A DNA stretch of 64,000 bases from Octopus sinensis. Lineage: Eukaryota. The translations under genes were made by a program, and so were the position numbers. The stretch lies in contig NC_043008.1 of the NCBI RefSeq assembly GCF_006345805.1, positions 26,908,001-26,972,000 of the forward strand, read 5' to 3'. The stretch's first letter is position 1. Every line of letters starts with the position of its first letter. The notes beneath the pieces are model-generated. The model made no database searches. It was not told where the DNA came from and was given only the letters and a program-made list of their open reading frames with translations. Of the stretch, positions 40,080-53,026 are shown one piece after another.

Positions 40080-40400
40080 GATTGCAGGGGGCACCATCTT
40101 GAAGAATTTCAAATTGAATGAATTGACACCAGTACTATTTCTCTAACGCCAGGAACTCAGTCTATTAGTCTCTTTTGCCAAGTTGCTAAGTTTCAGGAAT
40201 GTAAACACGCAACAGTAGTTGTCAAGAGGTACTGGGGGACAAACAGACAAAACGATACACACACATATGACAGGCTTCTTTCAGTCTCCCTTTACCAAAT
40301 CCACTCGCAAGGCTTTGGTCGACCCAATGCTATAATAAAATAAAAACATTTACCCAAGGTACTACACTGTGGAGCTGAAACAAGCTTCTTACGACACTGC
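40080..40400 (-). mobile_element. tRNA-headed SINE
   Basis: Homologous to 7385-7738 and 51600-51980 (CAGTCTC..TTTACCAAATCCACTCGCAAGGCTTTGGTCGACC). Confidence 0.65.
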
Positions 40401-41981
40401 CTCACAGGAGAAGAAACTACGTAGTGAGAAAGTGATACAGATCTACTTTATAACATCCTGTCTTACTGAAAAAGAAAAATTGAAATGTTTACCATATCAG
40501 TCTTATTAATTATGCAAATAATTAAATGTCATGCAAATTTTATCATACTAACCTCATTCTTTAGGCATTAGAAGAGCAATCTTACATGCAGCATCTGATT
40601 AACTATTATAATTACCATGAAGCGAGGTATTTGGAGGAAGTGTATTAAAAATAGATTAGTAAAACATGTTTATATTTGAAAATTGTTTAAATATTTGATC
40701 ATTTAATAATAATGGTGTTATGGTGGTTCAACCATAACAGCCATGACTGAGAACACCTATGATTAAAAGCGTTTCACCCATGATCATCTCTTTTGTTTTG
40801 TTTATCCCTGACTGCATTTTCTGTACAGACATTTTTATTCAAGAGAGAACAGGATTTGAAAGAGATTTAGCTGTTATTTCTAGCAAGAAACAATTTAGTT
40901 GATGGTCTCTTACCTGTTGATTTAGGGGTAATGTTCTTACAACAAACCAAGATTTTGTGGCAATTGATATACTCAAGCCAAGATTAGGTGATGGTCAAGT
41001 GACCTAGCTAAAGATAGCAAGCCATTAGCCTGTTATTAGTTTATATAATGATAAATAATTAAAGTTAGAGTCAGTTTTCACTGTTGTTGTATAGACCCAG
41101 GTAATTTCTAGTGAAGTAAGCTTAACGATCAAAGATATTTCACTCATAAACATGTTCGTTTCTTTTAAGTTAGGTCAAAATTGTTTTATGAGTGCAGTCA
41201 GCACAAAGGTAAGAAATTTTGCATTGTTTCTATGATAATGATTACTTTTTCCAAACATTAAAATTTTCATACTTCCCAGAGAACTGTATCATTATGGAGG
41301 CCTTAAACAAAATGAAATAAAAATGCAAACTTATCAAAATGTAAAGATGCAGAAACTTGAACAAAAACAACTTTCAGAAGTAAAACAATATTAAAAAAAG
41401 TGCCACTTGTTACATAAGAGAATGTAATATACTTAGAGATCCTTCTGAAAAAAAAAACTAATTTCATTTACGAAATTAGCTATTTCTGGATTATGAAATT
41501 AGTTATTCATGAACATCTTTCTTTCACTTGCAGAAGATACCATCAAAAGCTATGAACACATTAAGCATTATTCTTAAGCAGTTTTGGGGGAAAGAACTTT
41601 TCTTTTAGATGTTTATTAGTAAATTTCCAGCAATACTTACTGGTAGAATACACAAGTTGAACAATGCACAATAAATGATATTGAGTTAGAATGCATGAGT
41701 TTTGCTAGGGAGCCATATGCACTTTGATGATTAGATGATAAATGATTTTGTGCCTTCCAATTCTGGTTGTCATCAATCAGAATTCTTAAAGTAACATATA
41801 TGTTTGCTGGGATAGAATTTCTTTCCTTCACTATTTCAAGTTTAAACAATAAGAAATTGCTTTCTCCTTGTAAAGAAATATGAGAGATTTTGTTGTTTGT
41901 ACAACACACAAGCACAGATAAACCCACCTCATAGTATTTTTGTGTTGGATTAAGTAGTATTTTGTTGGCATAGAAACTGAT

Positions 41982-42986
<1,005 letters not shown>

Positions 42987-43194
42987 TTCTTCCAAGGAAT
43001 CTAATGCGCTTAACATAGTTTTTCTTTGGGGATGGCCAGATTGGAGCAATCTCAAGATTAATCAGCAGAAATTGCGAGGATGATCCGGTTCTTGATTGAA
43101 GATTGAAGGCTTCGAATGTCCCGTCCGTGTTTTGTGTATCGTCTCCTAAATGTTTTGCGTTCTTTTCCCAGTTTGTATTTTTATATATATATAT

Positions 43195-43797
43195 ACAATA
43201 TAACATACCCGACAGCCAACCGTAGAATTCGTCGTAGCATGTACGAATGTTTATCTTTACATATCTATGAAAATGGCGGGCCTATTCGCAATGCATTTCG
43301 GTCACAATTTGTCTATTCGGAACAAAAATTCAGTATTGAACTATTCCGTGAAAAATATAAATTTAAAATTAAGGATAAAATCTTTATAAGAAATTATCAG
43401 TAGACAAATTGGTACCGAAATGCATTGCGAATAGGCCCGCCATTTTCATAGATATGTAAAGATAAACATTCGTACATGCTACGACGAATTCTACGGTTGG
43501 CTGTCGGGTATGTTATATTGTGTTTTTTCCTTACATGTCTTAAGTTCGTTGCACTGAAGAGCATAAAATGCATATTCTGCATTGATTGCGAAATCACAGG
43601 TGATAGGTAACTAAATTCTGTTTTTAAATGACTTGCTTTGAAGTTTTGCATTCGGTACCTATGAATAATAGTACCCTCTATATAATATAAATAAATATTT
43701 TCAAAGTGGAAAAATTTATAGATTTTTTCTCTTACGAGGTTTTTCACGCTAACTACTGATCATTTCTTATAAAGATTTTATCCTTAATTTTAAATTT
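43195..43797. repeat. Nested inverted duplications (43195-43315 vs 43401-43521; 43359-43403 vs 43753-43797)
   Basis: Near-perfect reverse complements; ORFs 43116..43403(+) and 43397..43747(-) share the peptide NITYPTANRRIRRSMYE... Confidence 0.95.
43548..43611 (+). ncRNA. Candidate type-I hammerhead ribozyme
   Basis: CTGAAGA 43554-60; stem II GCA/TGC plus AATGCA/TGCATT; GAAA 43590-93; stem III ATCAC/GTGAT; AUA site 43603-05; stem I GTTGC/GTAAC with an A-G mismatch at the first pair. Confidence 0.55.
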
Positions 43798-43941
43798 AAA
43801 TATATATATATATATATAAGTAGACAAATGATTTATCTTATTACGGATATTTCGGAAGATAACCGATACCTGGGTAGCAAACTCACAACAGAAAAAGCAC
43901 GGTTGAAGTTACGACCATAGGGCATAAACTCCGTGCCTTAG

Positions 43942-45520
43942 TGCGACGGAATCCTGGTCCAATCTGATAAAACAAAGAATACTTACAAGCTACCTATAAA
44001 CCAGTATTTAGAATTACTCAAGAAAGAAATCCAGAAGAATTACAGAACTACAAATAAGAATACACTTAGAAGAGTCAATTTGGAGATTAAGGAAATTATG
44101 GTAAATTATGGGCTTCAAATTAAAACACAACCGCTTAATCCAAGGCAACCTAGATTCATCGTTAAGGACCACAAACCAAATTTTTACACCAATCCAACAT
44201 TAAGGCTCATATGCCCTTCTAGTTCCGACATCGGTTCCATCAGTAAGTACATTTTAGACAAATACATACCTAGATTAGTTAATAAGCTTAAGCTTAACTT
44301 TTGGGCGAGCTCCTCGCAAGTCGTAAATTGGTTTTCTTCCATTTCTAATAAAAACAGAACTAAGTTCATTCAGTTCGATATTGCTAATTTCTACCCCTCG
44401 ATAAACCCTAGTGTACTCAATAAGGCCCTATGGCATGCGCATAATAAGGCAGGCCTCACAAGGGAGGGAATTAATATAATTCTAGTGGCTAGAAAATCCT
44501 TTATACAGTTTGAAGATAAGTTATGGGTCCGTAAGGATACTCCCAACGAGTTTGATGTGCCAATGGGAAGCTCAGATAGCGCCCAGATAGCCGATTTGGT
44601 CGGAATCTATATTCTCTATGAATTAGCCGACCAATTCCCGGACATTTGCAGCGGTCTATATCGTGACGATTGTCTGTTTTACCTACAGAATGCCCCGAAC
44701 AGAATGATACAGAAAACTAAAAATAGATTAGCTAGGTTCTTTAGTAGGATGGACATGAACATAGTTTTCGACAACGAACTAACTAATGCCAATTTCTTAG
44801 ATGTTACACTAAATCTGCATAGCAATTCTTATTGCCCCTACCATAAACCTTCCACAAACCTAAAATATGTCAGTGTTTTCAGTAACCACGCAAAAACTAT
44901 CAGATAATTTAGTTAAAAATATTTCTTTAAGATTATCAAATTTATCTGCCAACGTCGACATTTTTAAGCATAAAGCGGAATTCTATAATGCCGCCCTTTC
45001 AAAAGCCGGTTATAGGGAAAAGGTAGCATATATAGACCCGGCCCTTCCGAAACCAGTATTTGCTCATCAGGATAAGTCAACTTACAAAAATATAAATAAT
45101 ATAAGTAGTGATGGTAGCTCTAGAAATGTCGACACAAATATAGCTAACATAAATAAGTTGCGGTCCAAGGGAGACCATCGTAGGCCAAAACCCATTCTTC
45201 AACTCAGAGATGCCCCCCCCCCCTTAATGTAAGAGTTAAAACTCCGAGCCAGTACAAGAACAGGAAAAACTATATCTGGTTTGTGATTCCCTTTGGAAAA
45301 CAAATCGGATCTAACCTCCCTTTACAGTTTCGCCCAGCCATTGCCAGGAATTTTCCCAGAAATTCGAGATATCACTCCACTATAAATTCGCACAAAGTAA
45401 GGATTGCTTTCTCAAATACTAAAAATCTCTCACAGATAATTGCCTCCCATAACAATAAGCTGCTAAATAAGGTCTCGTCACCCATGAGCAGAGACACGGC
45501 CTGTCAAATTCCAACATAAC

Positions 45521-45552
<32 letters not shown>

Positions 45553-46253
45553 GAAATAACACAGATATTAGCAGCCTTCATACCAGCATTGGCGTTAGTA
45601 ATAGTAATAAGGATAAGAGCACTGGCCTGGTCATTAACGGAGGGGGTCTCAACAATAATAGTAGCAGCGTTTTTAACAACAGTAGTTTTACGGACAATAA
45701 CAATCACAGCATTCCCAGAAACAGGGAATGTGCAGGTGATATTGCATTAAATAGTAATGAAAATAGGTTGAATAGTATCGAATCCAGCAGTAATTTATAC
45801 AACCATCATAGAAATAAGAACGCTGTATTAGTATCGGAAACTAATCCCAATAGATTAAGGTTCTTATCAAATAACTCCAAAATTAGAAACACCACTTACC
45901 AGTGCAAAATTTCTACTGAATCCGATGTCTACCTCTATATTGGCGCAACCTCCTCTAAATTAGCCCCAAGGATATCAAATCATTTTTCCATGTTCCGCGA
46001 TAAGAGTAAATAGCACACCACGGGGCTAAGCAAATTAGTCTGGCGTTTGAAGAACGCAAATTCAACTTTTTAGCTGGAATGGTCAATATTATCGGTGTCC
46101 TTACCGTTTGATAAGGGCAGAAAAATCTGTGCCCTCTGTAATTCCGAACTCTTTCATATTCTGTTTGCCCGAGACCAAGTAATAAACTCGATTGTCGAGA
46201 GATCTTTGAGATGCCTACACTGGAAAAAGCATACCTTTCACTCATACCAATGA
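43942..46253 (+). pseudogene. Disrupted PLE polyprotein: RT, linker, GIY-YIG endonuclease
   Basis: ILVQSDKTKN, LRLICP, FIQFDIANFYPSI, VPMGSSDSAQIADLVG, GLYRDD, NFLDVTL; LYIGAT...RISNH...TGLSKLVW...KICALC...RCLH; frameshift near 44900; in-frame stops at 46011 and 46071. Confidence 0.9.
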
Positions 46254-46813
46254 AGTCTAATATAGATAACCCCTTGATTTCCTACAAAATTAATTTGTGA
46301 TATCTCATCCCTTTAGTTTATAAGACCTTCTCATAATTGCTAAGAACTACTACCAATTCCAGCAGTAACCTTGTCTCTTGTCATTACTATTGTGGGCTCT
46401 TTCTGCCCTCTCCCTCTTAAGGTGACACATTCGAACACACAGACACAGTCTTTTCACCTCCTGACCGTTAATTCTTTCTCTCTGCCTTCTACACACACAT
46501 TCACGCATTCACAGACACACACACACATTAAGGCAATTTTACACACTCATACATACGAGCACTCATTCATAAAATAAATCAAATATAAACACCAGTCATA
46601 CAGAATACATTCCCTCACTTTAATATTCCTTTACCTTCCTTCTCCAACCTTGATTGAACCCTTGAACTATTTTAACTGACATTTTCTTCTACTTTCAACC
46701 AATCTGGCGTCACCCCCTATAAATAGACATTATTTATCATTATCTCTATGGGTTCCTCGTGAGCAGTCATCGAAAAACTTGTTGTGCATTTTGTTGGCGA
46801 AATAAGTTCCTAG

Positions 46814-46897
46814 ATTTTCCTGAAGAGAAAGCTGCACAATGGACTCCTTATTCATTCGGAATTAGGGATTTTGCAGACTTCGAAACATGTCGAAAAT
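46814..46897 (+). ncRNA. Minimal type-I hammerhead ribozyme in the PLE 3' terminal region
   Basis: Stem I ATTTTC/GAAAAT (6 bp); CTGAAGA 46820-26; stem II G.AA..CTGCA/TGCAG.CTTC with an inner hairpin; GAAA 46882-85; palindromic stem III ACATGT; GUC site with predicted cleavage after 46891. Confidence 0.8.
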
Positions 46898-46948
46898 AAA
46901 ATAAAGGAATTTTGTTAAATCTTCGTTCAGCTCCATTCTTTCCTATAC

Positions 46949-46952
<4 letters not shown>

Positions 46953-47045
<93 letters not shown>

Positions 47046-47072
47046 CATACATACATACATACATACATACAT

Positions 47073-47114
<42 letters not shown>

Positions 47115-47115
47115 G
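46953..47115. repeat. (TA)n/(TACA)n/(TC)n compound microsatellite
   Basis: Direct inspection. Confidence 0.95.
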
Positions 47116-47267
47116 TAACACACACATACATGCAGACTAATATATTAAAACTTACTTCAAATTCGTGCAAGATAAAATGCTAACACATATTTACAAACAC
47201 ACACACATGCACACACACTTACGCGCATGCGCGTACACACACATATCCATGCCTACAATCCTATACA

Positions 47268-48784
47268 ACAATGAAAACTGCAGGCTTATGCATGTTAATA
47301 TTCTTAAGTTATTACACCTGGAAAAGTGCAGAACAAGATTTCTACAGTAGAATTTGCCTAATTCGTCATCTCTAAAGGAAACAAAAAAGTACTTCAAATT
47401 AAAATTCTACTGTACTTAAAATATTGCAGCCGAGAATAACAGTTTTAAAATTTACTATATTTTATTAAAACAAATATTATAAAAATATTACAGACTTTTC
47501 CAAAAATATGCCCATCCAATTTTAAGCCTATGGGCTTATTTTCAGAAACTCTTTTCATGTATAGTCCCAGTAATTTTTATTATTTTCAGAAAAAATATTT
47601 AAGCCTTTATTTAAGCCCATGTGCTTATTTTTGGAACAAGCAGTATTTTAGAAGTGAAATAACATAAATCTTTTTAAAAATATAGATTTCGCCTAAGTAG
47701 TCATCACTAGGAGAAAACTGAAAGTGACGAATTAGGTGACGTAACGAATTAGCCAAAGACGAATTAGGATAATTCTACATTATGAATGCTAACTATTAAA
47801 TTTTACTTATGATTTATTTGTCAGATTAATTTTTTTAATGTGGAAGAATTGACTGAGTATATGGTCTATTTGAAACCATTTGATGACCATTCTATTGCAA
47901 TCTACGTTTCTTTTTTTTTTGTGATGGGATTTCAATTCAAGTGAAAAATAAATCTTGTGCAATATTATTCGCAACTTCATATTTTATTGTTTGTACTTGA
48001 TACAACTAAATAAAATTACTATTTTAATTGTATGTTTCAAAAGACATGACTTTAAAAAAAGATTTTGGTTAAATTTACTTTTGATTATTTTTGTACCATG
48101 TTATTAAAGATTTACTTGTTTTTCTTTTTAGATTCTCATAATAAATAAAATAAATTATCTCACATTTGCCTAATATAACGTATTTTAGATTTAAAAATGT
48201 TATTCTCGGCCGCAATATTTTAAGAACAGTAAGGCGGCGAGCTGGCAGAAACTTTAGCACACCGGTCGAAATACTTTGCGGTATTTCGTCTGCCGCTACG
48301 TTCTGTGTTCAAATTCCGCCGAGGTCGACTTTGCCTTTCATCCTTTCAGGGTCGATAAAATCAGTACCAGTTACGCACTAGAGTCGACATAATCGACTTA
48401 ATCCGTTTGTCTGTCCTTGTTTGTCCCCTCTTTGTTTAGTCCCTTGTGGGTAGTAAAGAAATAGGTATTTTGTCTGCCGCTACGTTCTGAGTACAAATTC
48501 CGCCGAGGTCGACTTTGCCTTTCATCCTTTCGGGGTCGATAAATTAAGGACCAGTTACGCACTGGGGTCGATCTAATCGACTGGCCCGTCCCCCAAAATT
48601 TCGGGCCTTGTGCCTAGAGCAGAAAGAGTATTTTAGATAAAGTAAAATTTTAAATAGAAGTACTTTTTCGTTTCCTTTAGAGGTGACGAATTAGGCAAAT
48701 TCTACCGTAGAAATCTTGTTCTGTACTTTTCCAGATGCAATAACTTGAAAATATTAGCATGCATGCGCCTGCACTTTTCATCGT
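47268..48784. repeat. ~156-bp inverted repeats (47268-47423 vs 48629-48784) enclosing MITE-like pieces and a SINE dimer
   Basis: ...GAACAAGATTTCTACAGTAGAATTTGCCTAATTCGTCA.CTCTAAAGGAAAC... reverse-complemented; GACGAATTAG motif repeated three times at 47.73-47.77 kb. Confidence 0.8.
48233..48630 (+). mobile_element. tRNA-headed SINE with duplicated body (dimer)
   Basis: GGCGGCGAGCTGGCAGAA head, B-box GTTCAAATTCC (48308); body repeated from 48464; CpG-rich, so likely young. Confidence 0.85.
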
Positions 48785-50037
48785 AATCCACCTTTTTTTC
48801 AGGCAATGAAATAAAACTAATAAATATTGTTTTGTTAAATATTTGATACGAACCCACCAAAAAAGAAAGTGCGAAACTTCATTATGAAAAATAATTTCCC
48901 ATTAATAATGAATATTAATGTAATACTAATTTTATTATAAAATCAAGAAATGAATGAGCGACATCTATATATAGTAAGAAGAGCTAGCAAGAGGAGGTAT
49001 TGGAATATATCAACTACATAATACGAAGATAATCTAATTATATGAATAGTAAAACCATGGCTAATATAAAATTTAAAAAAAGGCAAAAATAGCCAATACA
49101 TCCACGGTAAATCACGAGTAGCCACCCGTTAAGGCAAAGTTAGGTTGTCAGTCGAAATTCATGCAAAATAAAGATAAAGCCTGCAATTCAGTTACTGTTC
49201 TTGTCAACTTGCCTGAAAAAAATCTGAACCCTGCGATACTGGATATCCAATCATACTCTCTGAAAGCAGAAACGTTGGCAATTTACCCCAAGAAATAATA
49301 ATCTAAATTCTGCTACTCTTAATATTGAATTAAAGTTTAAAAGCAAACGAAAACTTATTAAACTTCAGAAATTCTTACATCTTTGGTCGTCGTAATGTTT
49401 TGCATTCCGTTTGTTTAATAAAAAATCCTCGTCGTAAAATGATTTTGCTTTCCTTATGTGATGAAAATGATTAGGTTTTAAACCGCAGTAACATTTTCTG
49501 CAATAAGTATGTATGTATGTATTATGTATATATGTGTGTTTGTGTGTGAGTGTTTATTTACAATGAACAGTAGGAAAGTGTCCAATTGTTATCAATTGTT
49601 GTCAACTTGCATCCCTCTCCTTAAAGCTACACATTCATAACACCTTTATTTCCCGTCATAGGCGCTTTAAAAGTTACGTATGTGTATGTGTATGTGCATG
49701 TGTGTGTGTGTGTGTGTGTATGTGTGTGTGTGCAGTTATTTACAAAAGTATGTATGTAGCGTTGCGTGTATATCTCTGAAGTCAAATTAAGGTATTATTC
49801 TCCCCTTTTTGACCTTATATAATTGAAATCTCAACTTTTTTCTCCTGAATCAAATTTCAAATTTTGTAGCTCAAAATGTAGATTATGAAGTGATCAATCT
49901 GAAAATGTATAAATATCAAATTTGGTAAAAAAAGAATGAATCAGCGACAAAGCCTAGAAGTGGTCACGTGTGAGTAAACGTTGATCATAAGAATACTATT
50001 CACACACGGGAGTGTGTGAATGATATTTATTACAATA

Positions 50038-51203
50038 CTAGCAGAGACACCCGGCGTTGCGCGTGTTACATTCAATTGAAGAATTAGATTTTTCTGTTAT
50101 ATTTTCTGTAATGAACTGGAATATCTATGTTACGAATTTCATCAATATTATAGATGAGGGTTATTTCCTTCTTTACATACCTTAACAAAATTGTAATCGT
50201 GCCACATGTATCCCATACTACTGATTTTTATGTGCATATTCCAAAATTCAAGTCTTATTGAACCTGTTAAAAGGATTTTGCACCTGAAAAATGAAGGTCA
50301 TGGAGCTCTAAAATGTGAGAGTTAAGGCCCCTGTTGGGGGTGGACATCTTAATGTCAACCTGAGGAGTTGAATTCTTGAGAATCTTTTTAACTTGGGTTT
50401 TATATCTATTGTTTGAATTTCTTTGAAATAGGAAATATATGTTCACTGGGCTTGTAAAAGAGAGCAAAGCTACCAGAAACCAAAAGACGAATGATCACAA
50501 TAAGCAAATGACTACTATACTGATACGTAACTGGACAGAATAAATTTACAGTCTATAAATGTCTTTGAATAACCAGTCACTCATCTGGGACGGCCTTGAA
50601 ATCAATGTTATCATCTGGGGACTATGTGTGACCCAGTGATAATAAAAAGACTGAAAGGAGTTCTGCAATCAAATAACTTTACTCAACACTTTGCAAGTGA
50701 ATCAGTGGAGGGAAAGATTCCTCTCATTTACTTGACAATTTATGCACCACATTGCAGAAATCACAATGTAAGTGTATGTCAAAGCAAAGTGTTTCACTGT
50801 TGTACCATTGAATTACAAATAATGCTCATTTTTTATGCTCGGGTAACCCCACAGCTTCCAAGAGTACAATTGTATTCGTCTTTGCTTAGATAAAATGACA
50901 AAATTGTGGGTGTTAAGTCCCAATGGTTTTTCTAACTTATAAGAAGATGAAATTTTATAAATATTACTTTATTTGTGTCTAATATCTGTGATTAAAATTT
51001 CATCAACAGCAAAAATATATGAATTGTCATGGGGTTATGGCCCTTAAGCATAGAATATAATTTCCAAATTTCATAAAGATCCATTCAGTACTTTTGACCT
51101 ACTTTTGGATCAAAAAGGAAATGAGTAAAATTTGTGAGTTAAGGCCCCCATTAGGGGGTGTTTTTTATATATATATATGTATATATATATAAATATATAT
51201 ATA

Positions 51204-51269
<66 letters not shown>

Positions 51270-51276
51270 ATATAGA
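50038..51276 (-). mobile_element. Non-autonomous Helitron-like element
   Basis: Minus-strand 3' end GCGCAACGC hairpin...CTCTG-CTAG|T at 50038; candidate 5' end A|TC(TA)n at 51276; internal CCAAATTTCATAAAGATCCATTCAG and a repeated GAGTTAAGGCCCC..GGGGTG (50320, 51137). Confidence 0.55.
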
Positions 51277-51299
51277 TACAGATATATGCGCATACATAT

Positions 51300-51980
51300 A
51301 ACGATAAATTGATAGGTGCAACCTGGTGGGCAAACAAAAGTATGAGCCTAGTGTTTTTTTTATGCTGATAAGCCTGGTACTTATTCTATTAGTTTGTTAT
51401 TGTGAAACCAGTAATTTATGGGGATGTAAATAAATGAACAGCTGTTGTGAAGCAGTGATGAGGGCGAAACACACACATACACTTACATATATACGTACAT
51501 ATCTATATATATAAAGGATTGATTTGCTGCAGTTCCTGTCTACGAAATCCATATAAATAAATATATATATATATATGTATGTATACACACACACACAAAG
51601 ATAAATTGATAGATACAACTGAGTGGGCAAACCAAAATATGAGACACTGCCTAGTGCTTTTTTTTATTTTGATAAGGCTGGTACTTATTCTATCAGTTCC
51701 TTCTTGTGAAACCAGTAAGTTATGGGGATGTAAATAAGCGAACACCAGTTGTGAAGCAGTGATAAGGGAGAAACACAAAGACACACTCATAGACTTACGT
51801 ATATACATACATATATATACAATTGATTTCTTTCAGTTTCTATCTACAAAATCCACTGACAAGGCTTTGGTTGGTCTGAGGCTATAACAGAAGACACATG
51901 CCAAGTTATCACACAGTGGGACTGAACTCAGGACCATGTGTTTCGAAACCAAGTTTGTTACCACACAACCACACCTGCAC
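51300..51980 (-). mobile_element. SINE with a ~297-bp tandem duplication of its 3' part
   Basis: GATAAATTGATAG at 51303 and 51600; both units share GGTACTTATTCTAT...TATGGGGATGTAAATAA; only the second retains the tRNA head. Confidence 0.8.
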
Positions 51981-52289
51981 CTATGTATGTGTGTATGTCG
52001 GTGTGTGTGTATGGGTGTATATATGTATGCATGTATATATGTGTATATATATGTGTACATATTACATGTACATCTATATATATATATACATCTACACATC
52101 ATACATGTATACATATACAGCTATACATATACATGTATATATATACATCTATATATATACATGTATACATATATATATACATATATATATAAATGTATAT
52201 ATATACATATACACCTATATATATACATGTATATATGTATATTTATATATATTTATCTATATGTATACATCTATATATAGATATACATG

Positions 52290-52727
52290 TAAATTTCACT
52301 TTAAAATAAGGGTGAAAAATTGAATATAAATTTGATTAGTATGAATTTAAAACCAGTGGTGTAGCATATAAGACCATAGCGGATCTTCTTCCAGCAGAAC
52401 GGATGTCCAGTTACATTTCATCCCTGTTATATAATAATTTCACTTTAATTAATAGTTTCAGTATTAAAGTGAAAGAATCTGACATTACAATAGAGAGATG
52501 TTTTTCTTTCACATTTGACACGTAATACTGAAATAGTGGAGATGATATGATATTGCTGTGGGCTCGCCCTTGGCAAGAAGTTAAAATGTTTTTGCCCATG
52601 ACACTACATGGTACCTATGTAAGGCATGTGTAAAATTGGAATGAAATTGGTTGTGTAGTTCTCACTTTTTAGGGACTCACACAGACAGACACACACACAC
52701 ACGCATTCTCAGTTTTATATATATAGA
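52290..52727 (-). mobile_element. Possible Helitron-like non-autonomous fragment
   Basis: GTGTAAAATTGGAATGAAATTGGTTGTGTAGTT...(CA)n...TTTTATATATATAGA|T terminus like 51276. Confidence 0.4.
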
Positions 52728-52819
52728 TATATTTATTACAATACAGTGTATTCTATGAATATGAGGTAGATCTTTGCTAAATACCCGAATTTAATAAAAC
52801 ATTTTGCAATATTGATTTC

Positions 52820-53012
52820 CAATGTTGGCAGAAGGCCATCAAATCCGGAGGGGAGGGATGTTGATTACATTGACCTCAGTGCTCAGCTTATACTCATCTC
52901 ACACAGTACCGAAATGATAAAAGGTAAAGACGACCTTGGCAGAATTTAAACTCAGAATGTAGAGACAGACGAAATGTGTGGAAGCTTTTATTGACTCTGA
53001 CAGCTCGTCATC
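52820..53012 (-). mobile_element. tRNA-headed SINE
   Basis: Reverse complement of the 48.3 kb family (GATTACATTGACCTCAGTG...GCAGAATTTAAACTCAGAA). Confidence 0.7.
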
Positions 53013-53026
53013 TTAGTACTGTAATA

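Larger units (their letters stand above)
43820..46952 (+). mobile_element. Penelope-like retroelement (RT plus GIY-YIG), 5'-truncated, flanked by (TA)n
   Basis: RT and endonuclease motifs, ~700-bp 3' region with hammerhead; (TA)n at 43798-43818 and from 46953. Confidence 0.92.
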
